The position numbers and the translations under genes are program-made. Shown in pieces: positions 1 to 10,700 of a DNA stretch of 64,000 bases. Within the stretch, counting starts at the first letter, position 1. Each line of letters opens with the position of its first letter. Under the pieces are notes generated by a model. That model was not told where the DNA came from and made no database searches. It worked only from the letters and a program-made list of their open reading frames with translations. The DNA is from an uncultured Bacteroidales bacterium (GTDB taxonomy: Bacteria; Bacteroidota; Bacteroidia; Bacteroidales; UBA932), in NCBI GenBank assembly GCA_945487035.1, contig CALYTI010000008.1:240-64239 (forward strand). Direction: 5' to 3'.

Positions 1-402
1 CACTTCTACAATGAAGCGTACAGCCAGACGGGTTGCCTTGTTGGCACCGCAGAAGGCATCTACAACATAAAGGTTCTTGCCTGAAAGCTCCTTCTGGGCA
101 ATCTCCTTTACAGAAGCCCAGACAGCCTCTGACATTGGGTGGTTGTCGTTCTTGTAAGCATCGGAAGTCCACCAAACCTTATCGTGGGACTGAGCGTCGT
201 CAACGATGTACTTGTCCTTAGGGGAACGTCCGGTAAATACGCCGGTCATAACGTTGACAGCTCCGAGTTCGGTCACCTGGCCTTTCTCATAGCCTGTGAG
301 GGCCGGATTGATTTCTGCCTGGTAGAGTTCTTCGTAAGAAGGATTGTGTGCAATGACGGTTGAACCGATAATACCGTACTGCTCGAGATTGATGTTAGCC
401 AT
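1..402 (-). CDS. pckA: Phosphoenolpyruvate carboxykinase (ATP), 5' part, runs off window start
   Basis: Hand translation from ATG 402: [27 protein letters not shown]...[23 protein letters not shown]; TGRSPKDK is the PckA motif. Not in the ORF track because it is truncated. Confidence 0.93.
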   Translation of the reverse strand, partial: MANINLEQYGIIGSTVIAHNPSYEELYQAEINPALTGYEKGQVTELGAVNVMTGVFTGRSPKDKYIVDDAQSHDKVWWTSDAYKNDNHPMSEAVWASVKEIAQKELSGKNLYVVDAFCGANKATRLAVRFIVEV

Positions 403-450
403 TTTCTCTATGAAATTGTGTTTAATAAACTATCCTTGTTAAAGGCGTCG

Positions 451-501
451 CAAATATAGTCAATTTATGCGGATAAATCCCCAAAAATTTCTGTAATTTT
501 G
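451..501. promoter_or_regulatory. Divergent Bacteroidota -7 promoter boxes for pckA and recQ
   Basis: TATATTTG on - strand (451-458) and TAATTTTG on + strand (494-501) match TAnnTTTG. Confidence 0.65.
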
Positions 502-511
502 GGCAAAATCT

Positions 512-2368
512 ATGCCGTTAAAAGTACTCAAGCAATATTGGGGCTACGATTCGTTCCGCCCTATGCAGGAAGAGATAATAGGCTCTGCCCTGCATGGTCG
601 TGACGTGCTCGCACTTCTTCCTACTGGAGGCGGAAAATCCATCTGCTTCCAGGTGCCCGCAATGATGATGGACGGGCTCGCGCTTGTCGTTACTCCTCTG
701 GTCGCCCTTATGAAGGACCAGGTCCAGAACCTTGAAGCCAGAGGCATACACGCGATTTCCATACATTCCGGTATGACCCGCCGGGAAGTGGATACAGCCC
801 TCAACAATGCCGCCTACGGAGACTGCAAATTCCTGTATGTCGCCCCGGAGCGCCTGGGCACCAGGCTGTTCCGTTCCTATCTCGATGTGCTTCCCGTTTC
901 CCTTCTGGTGGTGGACGAGGCGCACTGTATCTCCCAATGGGGTTATGATTTCCGCCCGGACTATCTGCAGATAGGGCAAATCCGCAAGGTGGTGGACGCT
1001 CCGGTCATCGCGCTCACCGCCACAGCAACGCCGGCAGTCTGCGAAGACATTATGGACAAGCTGGCCTTCCGTGAGCGGCATCTGCTCAAATCCGGCTTCG
1101 AGCGTCCCAACCTCAGCTATGTGGTGCGCGAATGTGCCGACAAGACAGGGCAGATGCTCTCGATATGCAATTCGGTAAAGGGAAGCGGCATCATATATCT
1201 GCGCCACCGCAAGCGCTGCGAGGAGGTGGCCGCCCTGCTTGCCGCAAACGGGGTGAGCGCCGATTTCTACCACGCCGGGCTGCCGAGCTATTCGCGTTCC
1301 TGCAAGCAGGAGGCCTGGAAGAAGGGCGCGACCAGGGTTATGGTCTGCACCAACGCCTTCGGTATGGGCATAGACAAGCCGGACGTGCGTTTCGTGATTC
1401 ACCACGACCTGCCCGAATCGCCGGAGGCATATTTCCAGGAAGCGGGACGCGCCGGCAGGGACGGAAAGCGCTCCTACGCCGTGCTGCTGTGGAACGGGCG
1501 TGACATTGCCCGCCTGCATCAGCTCGCGGACCTTGCCTTTCCTTCGCTCGAATACATTGAGGATATCTACCAGAAGATTCACGTCTTCTACGGCATCCCG
1601 TACGAGACCGGCGAGGGGCGCGAGCTCAAATTCTCCCTTGAGGAGTTCTGCGCGCATTTCGGCCTCAGCCGCGCCTCCGTCCACTACGCGATACGCTATC
1701 TGGACCGCACCGCGCATCTGGTCTATTCGGAGGATGTGGACATAGCTACAAGGGTGATGATAGTGCCCCGCCGCGAGGCGCTCTACGATGTGGACCTGTC
1801 CGATGCGCGTATGCCCAAGGCCCTTGATTTCCTTATGCGCCGCTACGCTACCGTCTTCAACTGGCCCGTGCCGATAGAGGAGGACAGGATGGCCGCGGCC
1901 CTTGGCATCAACATCCCGACCCTTCGCCAGCTGCTGTACAATATGGCCCAGGAGCACGTTATCAAATATATCCCTTGCGACAACAGCACCCTGGTGGCCC
2001 TGCGTCACAACCGCCTGCATCCGGGCAATCTCAACCTTGAGCCCGAGCGCTACCGGGCCCTTCGCGAGGCTTCCGTTGCCAGAACTGAAGCTATGGAGCA
2101 ATATGTCACCGAGAGTGACGAGTGCCGTTCTGCCTTCCTTCTGCGCTACTTCGGGCAGGAGCAGAGCCAGCCTTGCGGGACTTGCGATGTGTGCCGCAGC
2201 AGAGCGGCTGCATCCAGACAGGAGCGCAGCCGGGTGCGCGAAGTGCTATGCGAATGGATGGACTCCCACCCCGGATGGAAAGAAAAGGACCTGGCAGAAT
2301 TCTGCGCAGATCCTTCAAACGCTTTGCCTCCCGAGGCAATATCCATAGCAAGGGAGCTTATCGCCTAA
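512..2368 (+). CDS. recQ: RecQ-family ATP-dependent DNA helicase
   Basis: LPTGGGKS, DEAHCISQWGYDFRP, QEAGRAGRDG; Zn-binding CR..CGTCDVC. Confidence 0.95.
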   Translation: MPLKVLKQYWGYDSFRPMQEEIIGSALHGRDVLALLPTGGGKSICFQVPAMMMDGLALVVTPLVALMKDQVQNLEARGIHAISIHSGMTRREVDTALNNAAYGDCKFLYVAPERLGTRLFRSYLDVLPVSLLVVDEAHCISQWGYDFRPDYLQIGQIRKVVDAPVIALTATATPAVCEDIMDKLAFRERHLLKSGFERPNLSYVVRECADKTGQMLSICNSVKGSGIIYLRHRKRCEEVAALLAANGVSADFYHAGLPSYSRSCKQEAWKKGATRVMVCTNAFGMGIDKPDVRFVIHHDLPESPEAYFQEAGRAGRDGKRSYAVLLWNGRDIARLHQLADLAFPSLEYIEDIYQKIHVFYGIPYETGEGRELKFSLEEFCAHFGLSRASVHYAIRYLDRTAHLVYSEDVDIATRVMIVPRREALYDVDLSDARMPKALDFLMRRYATVFNWPVPIEEDRMAAALGINIPTLRQLLYNMAQEHVIKYIPCDNSTLVALRHNRLHPGNLNLEPERYRALREASVARTEAMEQYVTESDECRSAFLLRYFGQEQSQPCGTCDVCRSRAAASRQERSRVREVLCEWMDSHPGWKEKDLAEFCADPSNALPPEAISIARELIA

Positions 2369-4443
2369 ATCCCGAGTTTTCGCAGAAGCGCGCTTACCTC
2401 AGGGTCGTGTCCGCGGAACTTGCGGTACATCTCGGCCTCATCCTCGCTTCCGCCCTTGCTCAGGATGTTCTCGCGGAATGAAGCGGCTACCTCGCGGCTG
2501 AAGATGCCCTTCTCCTTGAAGAGGGAGAATGCGTCGGCCTCCAGCACTTCGGACCACTTGTAAGAATAGTAGCCGGCTGCATATCCGCCGCTGAACAGGT
2601 GGGTGATGGAAGTGGATATTGCGGTGCCCTCTACAGGCGGCAGCACTGCCATACGGCTGAGTACCCCCTTCTCGAAGTCGAGGGTTGACTCGGAGGTCAT
2701 AGTGCTCTGTCCGTGCCATGCCATATCAAGGATACCGAAGTTCAGCTGGCGCACCTGAAAATATGCTGCATTGTAGTTGCGCGAAGCTGCAATCTTGTCT
2801 ATCAGGGAGGTAGGAATGGTCTCGCCTGTCTTGTAGTGCTTTGCGAAGCCCTGCAGGAACTCCGGCTCATAGGCCCAGTTCTCCATGATCTGCGAAGGCA
2901 GCTCTACGAAGTCGCGGGACACATTGGTGCCGCAAAGGCTCTCGTAGCGGCCCTCGGCAAGCATGCCGTGAAGGGAGTGGCCGAACTCGTGCAGGAAGGT
3001 CTCAAGCTCGTCCGGAGTGAGGAGTGAAGGGTCGCCTGCGGTAGGCTTGCTGAAGTTGGTAACAAGGCTTACGAAAGGACGGTATTCCACGCCGTCCACT
3101 ATGGACTGGCCCCTGAACTCGGTCATCCACGCTCCGTTGCGCTTGGAGGCGCGAGGGAAGAAATCCACATAGAAGAGGGCCATATGGCGGCCGCTCTCGT
3201 CCTTGACGTCATATACCCTTACATCCTCGTGGTAGGCAGGGATGTCCTCACGCAGCTCGAAGGTCAGGCCGTAGAGCCTGGTGGCCAGGCCGAATACTGC
3301 ACTGATGCAGTCGTCCAGGCTGAAATACGGCTTGAGCTCGGCATCGCTCACTGCATAGCGTTCGCTCTTGAGCTTCTCGCTCCAGTAGCTGAAATCCCAG
3401 CTCTGAAGTTCGCCCTCGAAGCCGTGTTCTGCGGCATAGTCCCTGATGGCCTGCACTTCCTGCTTAGCCTTCGGAAGGGAAGCGTCGAGCAGCTGCTCGA
3501 GGAAGCCGTTCACCTGGGCTGGAGTTTTGAGCATCCTTTCTTCAAGGGCATAGTCAGCATAGCTCTCATAGCCGAGCAGATTCGCTATCTGAAGGCGCAG
3601 GGAGACTATTTCCTTCACAAGAGAGGTGTTGTCGGACTCGCCGCCTATTCCTCTTGAGTTGTAGGCAATATACATCTGCCTGCGCAGCTCCCTGTCATCG
3701 CAGAAGCGCATGAACGGTCCGTAGGAAGGGTAGGAGAGGTCGTAGGTCCATCCCTGCTGGCCGGCTTCCTCGGCGGTCTGCTTTCCGAGGTCGATGACGA
3801 ACTGCGGAAGGCCTGCGAGCTGAGCCTCGTCGGTGATGTTGAGTTTGAAGGCGTTGGTTGCGGCGAGCACATTGCGGCCGAACTTCAGGGTTGCGAGCGA
3901 AAGCTGCTCGCTGAGAGCGGCATATTTCTGCCTGTCTTCTCCCTCAAGGTTGGCTCCGCCCCTTGCGAAACTCTTGTAGGTCTTTTCGAGAAGTCTGCTC
4001 TGGTCCTTTTCCAGACCGAGGGACTCCCTTTGTTCCCATACGGCCTTCACCTTTGCGAAGAGAGGCTCGTTGAGGGATACATACATTTCGAATTCGGTCA
4101 GAAGAGGGGATACCTCCTCGGCAATCTGCTGCATCTGCTCGTCCGAATCGGCTTCGAGTACATTGAAGAAGATGCTGCTGACCCTATTCAGAGTCCTGCC
4201 GCTCCTTTCCATTGCTTCGATGGTGTTCTCGAAGCTGGGAGCGTCGGTGTTGGCAACGATGGCGTCGATTTCGGCCTTGGCCTCCTCTATGCCCTTCTTG
4301 AAGGCGGGCATATAGTGCTCGCTGCGGATTTTGTCAAATTGGGGTGCTCCATAAGGGAGAGTGGACTCCTGGAGCAGCGGGTTGGTTGTGTTGCACGATA
4401 CCATAAGTAAAGTGGCTGCTGTTGCTGTAAGTAATTTATTCAT
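2365..4443 (-). CDS. dcp: M3 family metallopeptidase (peptidyl-dipeptidase), lipoprotein
   Basis: HEFGH zinc motif, DFVELPSQIMENW, GYAAGYYSYKWSE; lipobox MVSC. Confidence 0.92.
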   Translation of the reverse strand: MNKLLTATAATLLMVSCNTTNPLLQESTLPYGAPQFDKIRSEHYMPAFKKGIEEAKAEIDAIVANTDAPSFENTIEAMERSGRTLNRVSSIFFNVLEADSDEQMQQIAEEVSPLLTEFEMYVSLNEPLFAKVKAVWEQRESLGLEKDQSRLLEKTYKSFARGGANLEGEDRQKYAALSEQLSLATLKFGRNVLAATNAFKLNITDEAQLAGLPQFVIDLGKQTAEEAGQQGWTYDLSYPSYGPFMRFCDDRELRRQMYIAYNSRGIGGESDNTSLVKEIVSLRLQIANLLGYESYADYALEERMLKTPAQVNGFLEQLLDASLPKAKQEVQAIRDYAAEHGFEGELQSWDFSYWSEKLKSERYAVSDAELKPYFSLDDCISAVFGLATRLYGLTFELREDIPAYHEDVRVYDVKDESGRHMALFYVDFFPRASKRNGAWMTEFRGQSIVDGVEYRPFVSLVTNFSKPTAGDPSLLTPDELETFLHEFGHSLHGMLAEGRYESLCGTNVSRDFVELPSQIMENWAYEPEFLQGFAKHYKTGETIPTSLIDKIAASRNYNAAYFQVRQLNFGILDMAWHGQSTMTSESTLDFEKGVLSRMAVLPPVEGTAISTSITHLFSGGYAAGYYSYKWSEVLEADAFSLFKEKGIFSREVAASFRENILSKGGSEDEAEMYRKFRGHDPEVSALLRKLGI

Positions 4444-5303
4444 ATTTCAATAGTTAATCCGTCGTAAGCGGGATGCACGCCCTCGGGCAGCTCCGCGTCA
4501 AAGTCCCTGTGCCCCGGCAGCATATGGGAGATATGGGTGATGTAGGACTGCTCCGCGCCCACCCTTTCGAAGAAGGCGAGGGCTTCGGGCAGGGAGAAAT
4601 GCGAAAAGTGGGCCGAACGCTTGACACAGTTGATGGTTACGGCCTTCACTCCGCGCAGTTTCTCAAAAGTTTCCTCCTCAATATTGTTCATATCCGTCAG
4701 ATAGGCCACGTCCCCGAACCTGAAGCCGAGCACGGAGAGCATCTTTTCCTTGTGGTGCCAGCCCTGAAGAGGGATGACTTCCAGCGGAGGTATGCTTTCC
4801 ACTGCGTTTGAAGGCTCGCTGTGGTAGCCTTTGCCGGATTCCCATACGAGGGTGGGTTCGGCCTGGTTGGAGTGCACCAGGAAGTTGTGGCTGCCGTCGA
4901 TGCGGTTGACCTTCCATTCGGGGCTGCCCGGATAGCGCGGCTCTGCGAAGGCGTAGCTGTACTCCTTGCGCATGGAGTTCTCGACATATTCTTCGCAAAA
5001 AATGTTCATAGGTTTGCGTTCCAGCAGGTTGAAGGAGCGCACTTCGTCAAGGCCTCCGGTGTGGTCCTTGTGGTTGTGGGTGAGCAGTATTGCGTCCAGA
5101 TGCCTTACGCCCGCGCGCAGCATCTGCTGCCTGAAATCGGGGCCGCAGTCCACGCAGAGGGTTATGCCGCCGCGCTCTACGAGTACGCTGGAGCGCAGGC
5201 GCTTGTCCCTCGGGTCTGCCGAGCTGCATACGGGGCAGCTGCAACCTATAATCGGTACGCCCTGGGAGGTGCCTGTTCCCAGGAAGGTGAGTCTGGTTTT
5301 CAT
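4440..5303 (-). CDS. MBL-fold metallo-hydrolase (PhnP-like)
   Basis: FLGTGTSQGVP, CxCxxC, THNHKDH motif, HISH...AYDG. Confidence 0.9.
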   Translation of the reverse strand: MKTRLTFLGTGTSQGVPIIGCSCPVCSSADPRDKRLRSSVLVERGGITLCVDCGPDFRQQMLRAGVRHLDAILLTHNHKDHTGGLDEVRSFNLLERKPMNIFCEEYVENSMRKEYSYAFAEPRYPGSPEWKVNRIDGSHNFLVHSNQAEPTLVWESGKGYHSEPSNAVESIPPLEVIPLQGWHHKEKMLSVLGFRFGDVAYLTDMNNIEEETFEKLRGVKAVTINCVKRSAHFSHFSLPEALAFFERVGAEQSYITHISHMLPGHRDFDAELPEGVHPAYDGLTIEI

Positions 5304-5304
5304 C

Positions 5305-6657
5305 CTACAGTTCTAGTTCTGTTATCTGTCCTACAAGAGAGGGGTCGTATGGCCTTGTTACCCTTATGTAATTACCTGAGTATCCGCTCATTGTGCCGCC
5401 TTTTTCCTTGGATTCGAAAAGTACCTGCACACGGGTTCCTTTCTGAGAAGATACAAATTCTTCGTGAAGGCGTGAGCATAAGGCTTCGAGCACTGCGACC
5501 CTTTGCTTTTTGACCTGTTCGCTGACCTGGCCGCCCATTGAGGCTGCAGGGGTGCCGGGCCTGCGGGAGTACGGGAAGACGTGGATGAAGGCGGGGCGCA
5601 GCTTTTCCAGGAAGGCTGTTGTTCGGGCGAAGAGTTCGTCGGTTTCGCCGGGGAGCCCTACCATTACATCTATTCCTATGAATACTCCGTCACCGAGTTT
5701 GCGGCGGAGGGTGCTTATTTTGCTTTCAAAGAAGGCTGTGTCGTAGCGGCGGCCCATTGCGCTCAGAAGCTGGTCGCAGCCTGTCTGCAGGGGGATGTGG
5801 AAGTGCGGCTGGATTTTGGTGCCGGAGGCTATCCAGTCTATGATTCCGTCGCTCAGCAGGTTGGGCTCTATGCTGGAGATGCGGTAGCGTTCTATGCCCT
5901 GTACGGCGTTGAGGGCTTTGAGGAGGTCGAGGAAGCTTTCGCCTGTGGTTTTGCCGAAGTCGCCTGTGTTGACGCCGGTTATTACCACTTCCTTTATGCC
6001 CGATGCTGCGATTTCTTCGGCCATACGGACGCATTCGCAGATGGGGAGGTTGCGGCTGTTGCCACGTGCGAGAGGGACGGTGCAGTAGAGACAGTGGTTG
6101 TCGCAGCCGTCCTGCACCTTCAGAAACGCTCGAGTTCGTTCCCCCGCCCCGTAAGCGCCAAATACGCTCTCCTCATCTTTGGCGAGCGCTGGGGTGCTCA
6201 TCTGCTGACCGCCTCGCTTCGCTTCGGCCCCTGTTGACAGGGGCTCCGCCCCCGTACCGTCCCCCGCGGCTCCCGGCCTACCGATTCCGCTTCGCTCCAT
6301 CCCGGCCTCCGCCGTCGCGCTGAGGCGCGAGAGAGTTTCGGGCACGACGAGGGATTTTTCGGCGGAGCCGAAGACGCGCCAGACTCCGTCGATGGATTCG
6401 ATTTCGGCGCGGCGAAGCTGCGCCGAGCACCCGGTCACCACAATGCGCGCAGCCGGATTGATGCGGTGCACCTTGCGGATAAGGTTTCGCGACTTCGAAT
6501 CCGAAGTCGCCGTAACCGAGCAGGTATTGATAAGATATATGTCGGCCGCCTGCTGCCAGGGCACAACCTCCAACCCGGCCTGTTCGAAGCCGCGCTGATA
6601 AGTCGAAGTCTCGGCATAATTGAGCTTGCAGCCCAGTGTCAAAAAAGCAATCTTCAT
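5305..6657 (-). CDS. mtaB: tRNA t6A37 methylthiotransferase (radical SAM) with linker insertion
   Basis: TLGCKLN, INTCSVT, KVQDGCDNHCLYC, HVFPYSRRPGTPA. Confidence 0.9.
   Translation of the reverse strand: MKIAFLTLGCKLNYAETSTYQRGFEQAGLEVVPWQQAADIYLINTCSVTATSDSKSRNLIRKVHRINPAARIVVTGCSAQLRRAEIESIDGVWRVFGSAEKSLVVPETLSRLSATAEAGMERSGIGRPGAAGDGTGAEPLSTGAEAKRGGQQMSTPALAKDEESVFGAYGAGERTRAFLKVQDGCDNHCLYCTVPLARGNSRNLPICECVRMAEEIAASGIKEVVITGVNTGDFGKTTGESFLDLLKALNAVQGIERYRISSIEPNLLSDGIIDWIASGTKIQPHFHIPLQTGCDQLLSAMGRRYDTAFFESKISTLRRKLGDGVFIGIDVMVGLPGETDELFARTTAFLEKLRPAFIHVFPYSRRPGTPAASMGGQVSEQVKKQRVAVLEALCSRLHEEFVSSQKGTRVQVLFESKEKGGTMSGYSGNYIRVTRPYDPSLVGQITELEL
6181..6318. repeat. GC-rich palindromic (REP-like) element inserted in frame in mtaB
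   Basis: Perfect hairpin GCCCCTGT-TG-ACAGGGGC (6227-6244) and two CGCTTCGCT motifs; encodes a low-complexity linker of about 45 aa. Boundaries approximate. Confidence 0.55.
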
Positions 6658-7010
6658 CCTACTAGCGTAATCGAAGCCCCTTCACAAACCCCTCCCACAG
6701 GAGGAGCGAGTTTTGTCAGCTTCAAAGTAAAAGGCGGAAGCTGCGGAAAAGCCGCTCTGATTGCAGCCGCAACGCGCCCCGCAACATTCTCAATCAAATC
6801 GGAAGGAATCTCCATCTGCTCCCTCACGACAGCATATACTTTGCTGTAGTCCAGGGTGTCCCCGAGCTCATCGCTGTCCACAGCCCTTTCCACATCGAGC
6901 TTCACACTGAAATCCACCACATACTCTCCTCCATCCACGCGCTCCTGCGGCAGGCAGCCGTGGAAAGCGTGGAAACGCATACCTTTGAGTTCAAGCAATC
7001 CTTCCATCAT
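6654..7010 (-). CDS. folB: Dihydroneopterin aldolase
   Basis: FHAFHGCLPQE, DELGDTLDY, LIENVA, KLAPP; start placed at ATG 7010, an ATGA overlap with the upstream stop. Confidence 0.92.
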   Translation of the reverse strand: MMEGLLELKGMRFHAFHGCLPQERVDGGEYVVDFSVKLDVERAVDSDELGDTLDYSKVYAVVREQMEIPSDLIENVAGRVAAAIRAAFPQLPPFTLKLTKLAPPVGGVCEGASITLVG

Positions 7011-7714
7011 TTCAAAATCAAAAAAACACAAGGCCTCTTTCCCACACTGAATCCGATCTTCTTCCACTCGGCCACGCTCATAGTCCTGATGGTCTGACTC
7101 TCCAGAGTAAGGTCGGCAGCAAGGCAGAGCCGCGTCTGGGGGCTCAGGTTCGCGAGCAGGTCGGCAAGCAGGGCATCATTGCGGTAGGGAGTTTCAATGA
7201 AAATCTGAGTCTGATGCAGGGCTCCCGAAAGCTTTTCCACTTCCCTAATCGCAGCGCGCCTCTCGTCGGTCTTTGCCGGGAGATAGCCCCTGAACGCAAA
7301 TGACTGTCCGTTCAGACCGCTTCCCATCAGCGCAAGCATAAGCGAAGACGGTCCCACCTGGGGCACAACCTCTATGCCGTGGCGGTGACACAATGCCACC
7401 AGGGCGGCACCCGGGTCTGCAACTGCCGGCAGGCCGGCTTCGCTGATAAGACCCACATTATTGCCCTCATCGAAAAGAGGAAGCATGGCCTCCACCTCGG
7501 CAGGCGTGGTATGCTCATTGAGCTCCACAAGCCTGAGCTCCTCGATATGGCCCTTCAACCCTGCACGGGAAAGGTACCTGCGCACGGTCCTGGCCTCCTC
7601 CACCACATAGGTGGTGATGCTTTTCAGAAGCTCCAGCACCGGAGCGGGAATCACTTCCGCGGGTTCATTGTCCCCGAGAGGGGATGGTATCAGATATAGT
7701 TTTCCTTTGCTCAT
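7007..7714 (-). CDS. SAM-dependent methyltransferase, tetrapyrrole-methylase/RsmI-like
   Basis: LYLIPSPLG, SEAGLPAVADPG, GPSSLMLALMGSG, FIETPYRN. Confidence 0.85.
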   Translation of the reverse strand: MSKGKLYLIPSPLGDNEPAEVIPAPVLELLKSITTYVVEEARTVRRYLSRAGLKGHIEELRLVELNEHTTPAEVEAMLPLFDEGNNVGLISEAGLPAVADPGAALVALCHRHGIEVVPQVGPSSLMLALMGSGLNGQSFAFRGYLPAKTDERRAAIREVEKLSGALHQTQIFIETPYRNDALLADLLANLSPQTRLCLAADLTLESQTIRTMSVAEWKKIGFSVGKRPCVFLILK

Positions 7715-10700
7715 TGCGTAATCGTAATTGTCCTTACAGGCCCTTCCTGAGGCACATTATCCTTGCCCTTCTTCTTGAAGAGTCCCTTCACGAAATCGAA
7801 GAAATTGTCATACTCCTTCTGGTAGGTGATACCCACACCGTTGCGCTGCGAGTTGTCCAGGAAGGAGGTGTAGTCGTCGGAAGAGTGGGAGAACATCTTC
7901 AGTTTCAGCGAGCCTGTCTTGTCAATCTTTATGCCTATATCCAGGTCTCCCACCATCTCGTCACTGCTGGTGGTGCTGTAGCGCCTGTTGGCAATCGAAC
8001 CGTCCAGCTGCACCCTGTCCGAGAACAGGTTGGTCGAAAGCGCCACATCCACTATATCCTTGCCGATTTCGTTCTGCTGGTACGACAGACCAAAGTCCAC
8101 CGGCACTCCTATTTTCTGCAGCACCGAGTTGACCTGCCCCGACATTATCGAAGTCAGGTTTTTGAGTATAAGATTGGAGCCGGAAGTGGAGTTGTTGTCG
8201 GTAATGCCCTGGCTTTCGCTCGGCAGGAAGTTGCCTGTAAGGATAAGGGCCAGGAACTGCTTCTGAATCTTGTCCTCGGTATTGAGTTCACTCTCCACAA
8301 GGGATTTGGTGGCAGGGTCAAGGTCCTCCACATCAATGGAGAAACTCAGCTCAGGGTTCGTCAGCTTGTTGGAAATGCCGAGACCGCAGATGACCTTCTT
8401 TTCGGTATGCACTGCCGTGGTGTCGGAAATCAGAGGTCCGATAGAGACCTTCTTGAGGATTTGGTTCGCCTTGATGTCAAGCTCCGAATCCATAGGGTTG
8501 CCGGCGAACTTCACTGATGACCCGTTTTCTATGACGAAGTCCTTGGTAATGAGCGAGCTGAGTGCGGCGAAGTGGCACTTTCCCTCATTAATCACATAGT
8601 CTCCTCCCAGTCTCACATCTCTCTGCGAACTGTCGAAACCTATGCTGATGTCTCCGTTTCCGGAGGCGGAAATAACGTTTGATGCCGCCTTGTCAAGGTA
8701 GGCGGTGAGTTTCACCTGAGGACTGACCACAAAGCGGCAGTCCATCTTGAGTGAACCGCTTTCCTTCTTCGGCAGGACAGGAAGCAGGCTCTCGGTTTCG
8801 TTTGAGTCCACCGGCTGGGTGAAACTAAGGAGCACCGACTCGGAGCTGGCATTGAATGCCGTTATGATGGATACATCTCCGTCCCCGGCAGTGGCAATTG
8901 TGCCTCCGATATCCAGAGCCCCTTCACTGATGCCGGCAATGCGCATATTGCCTCCCACGGCGAGATGACCGTAGAACTGGCTGCCGTCGTTGCGTTTGTC
9001 AAGAACCTTGAAATTGTCCACATTCAGAAGCAGTTCCTCCAGATTGCCGCTGAGAGAAGCCATACCGCCCCTGTTGTCCCTCAGTGTGAGTCTGTCCACC
9101 GAAAGTTCGCCCTGCTGGTATTTCAGCTTGCCGTCCAGGTCATAGGCAGCCCCTGTAGGCTTGAGCAGCACGTGGCCTTCCTTAAGCATCAGGGCGTCGC
9201 ATCTGATGCCCTTCTGCAGAAACTGCTCGCTGCTGACATTGCCGCTGATGGTGATGTTGCCGCTGAGTTTGCCTCTCAGCTCGGAGCAATAGTCCTCCAC
9301 AAAGCTTTCTGCGAAGCCTATTTCGAAATTGTTGAAGCTTGCCTTGGCTCTGACGACATTGGATGCCAGGTTGAAGCTGCCGCCTGAAATCCTGATTGCA
9401 TCGGAGGTGCCTCCAGCCGAGTTGCGCAGGCTGAAATTCAGCATTTCGAAATCCTCGGGGTCCATTTCTGCGCGCAGCTCCAGCGAGCCGGCGCTGCGGC
9501 CGCCCACCAGAAGTTCAGGGCAGAAGATTGAACCCTGAATGTCGGTATTGGCATCTTTGTGTGTGCCGATGACAAGGTCTGCCTCGATTGCACCCTTGAT
9601 GCCGAAATCCTTCTTCAGGAAACCTGCAAAGGTGGAAAGGTCGAAATCCCTTGCTTTCACCATCAGTTTCTGGTCGAATTTGCTCGAAAGCGCTCCATCC
9701 ACATAAATCGCCTGGTCTCCGTTCACAAGTCCGAAGCCGTGGACGGAAAGTGAATCGCCGGAGTATCTGAGGTCAGGCTCAAGTATGTTCCATACATTGC
9801 CTCCAATGCTGAGCCAGGAGTCCGGAATGCTTCCGAAAACCACCAGTTTGTTGCCTTTGCGGCGGTCTCTGGCAAGGTTTGCATTCAACTTGAGATTTAC
9901 GCTGGTATTCTCGACCTGGTCTGTGGCTCCGCAGAGCATAAGTTCCACATCATTGCTCTTCGCATTTGCGCTCAGGGCGATGTTTTTCATCGCAAACTGC
10001 CCGGCATACAGCTCGCGGATGCCGGCTTCTATCACGGAGTGCTCACTGCCACACCGCATCCTGAGGGAAGGATGGCTGACGGCCACTTCGCCTGCAGCGA
10101 GAAGTGCGGAATCGAAACTCAGGATGAAATCCCCGTTGCTGTCAAGCTCTGCCTCGGCCTTGGTGCCTTCGGCAATGTTGAAATACATCTTAAGTGGAGC
10201 CAGAATCTTTTTGGTATCCTTGAGCTCCAACTGGGCAAGGAAACTGTGGCCGTCTGTCTGAGGGGTTTTGCCCGGTGGCAGCACTGCCGGGACACTTCGG
10301 CCAACGGTCGCTGCAAGCACGGGCTCCAGCACTTTTTCAATAGAAATATCGCCCTTGTAGCCGAACTCAAGGAAGTCCGAACTGAAGGTGGTCCAGTTCA
10401 GCTTGCTGTCTTCGTTGTTGCGGATGTCGAGAGAGAAATCGCCGATGTCATTTACTCCGTCGTCATCCGTGTACTCCAAATCCATACCGTTTGCCGAGCC
10501 CAGCAGGGTGTTGTCTTTGTTCTTGCGCAGCCTGATGTCGAAGTTGCCTGAGGCTATTGAGGTGCCCGGGCGAGGGTCAAGTCCGGTTGCCTTCAGGTCG
10601 GCGTGAGGAATGTTGAGGAAGAACCTTCCGTAAGTGAAATTGTTGGCTTCAATGGAGACTCCTCCGCTGAACAGGAATTTCAGGTTCCTGTCCTGGCAGT

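Noticed and set aside
139-363. ORF resembling a permease fragment (IGSPPNLIV)
   Set aside because: Antisense to pckA; chance resemblance.
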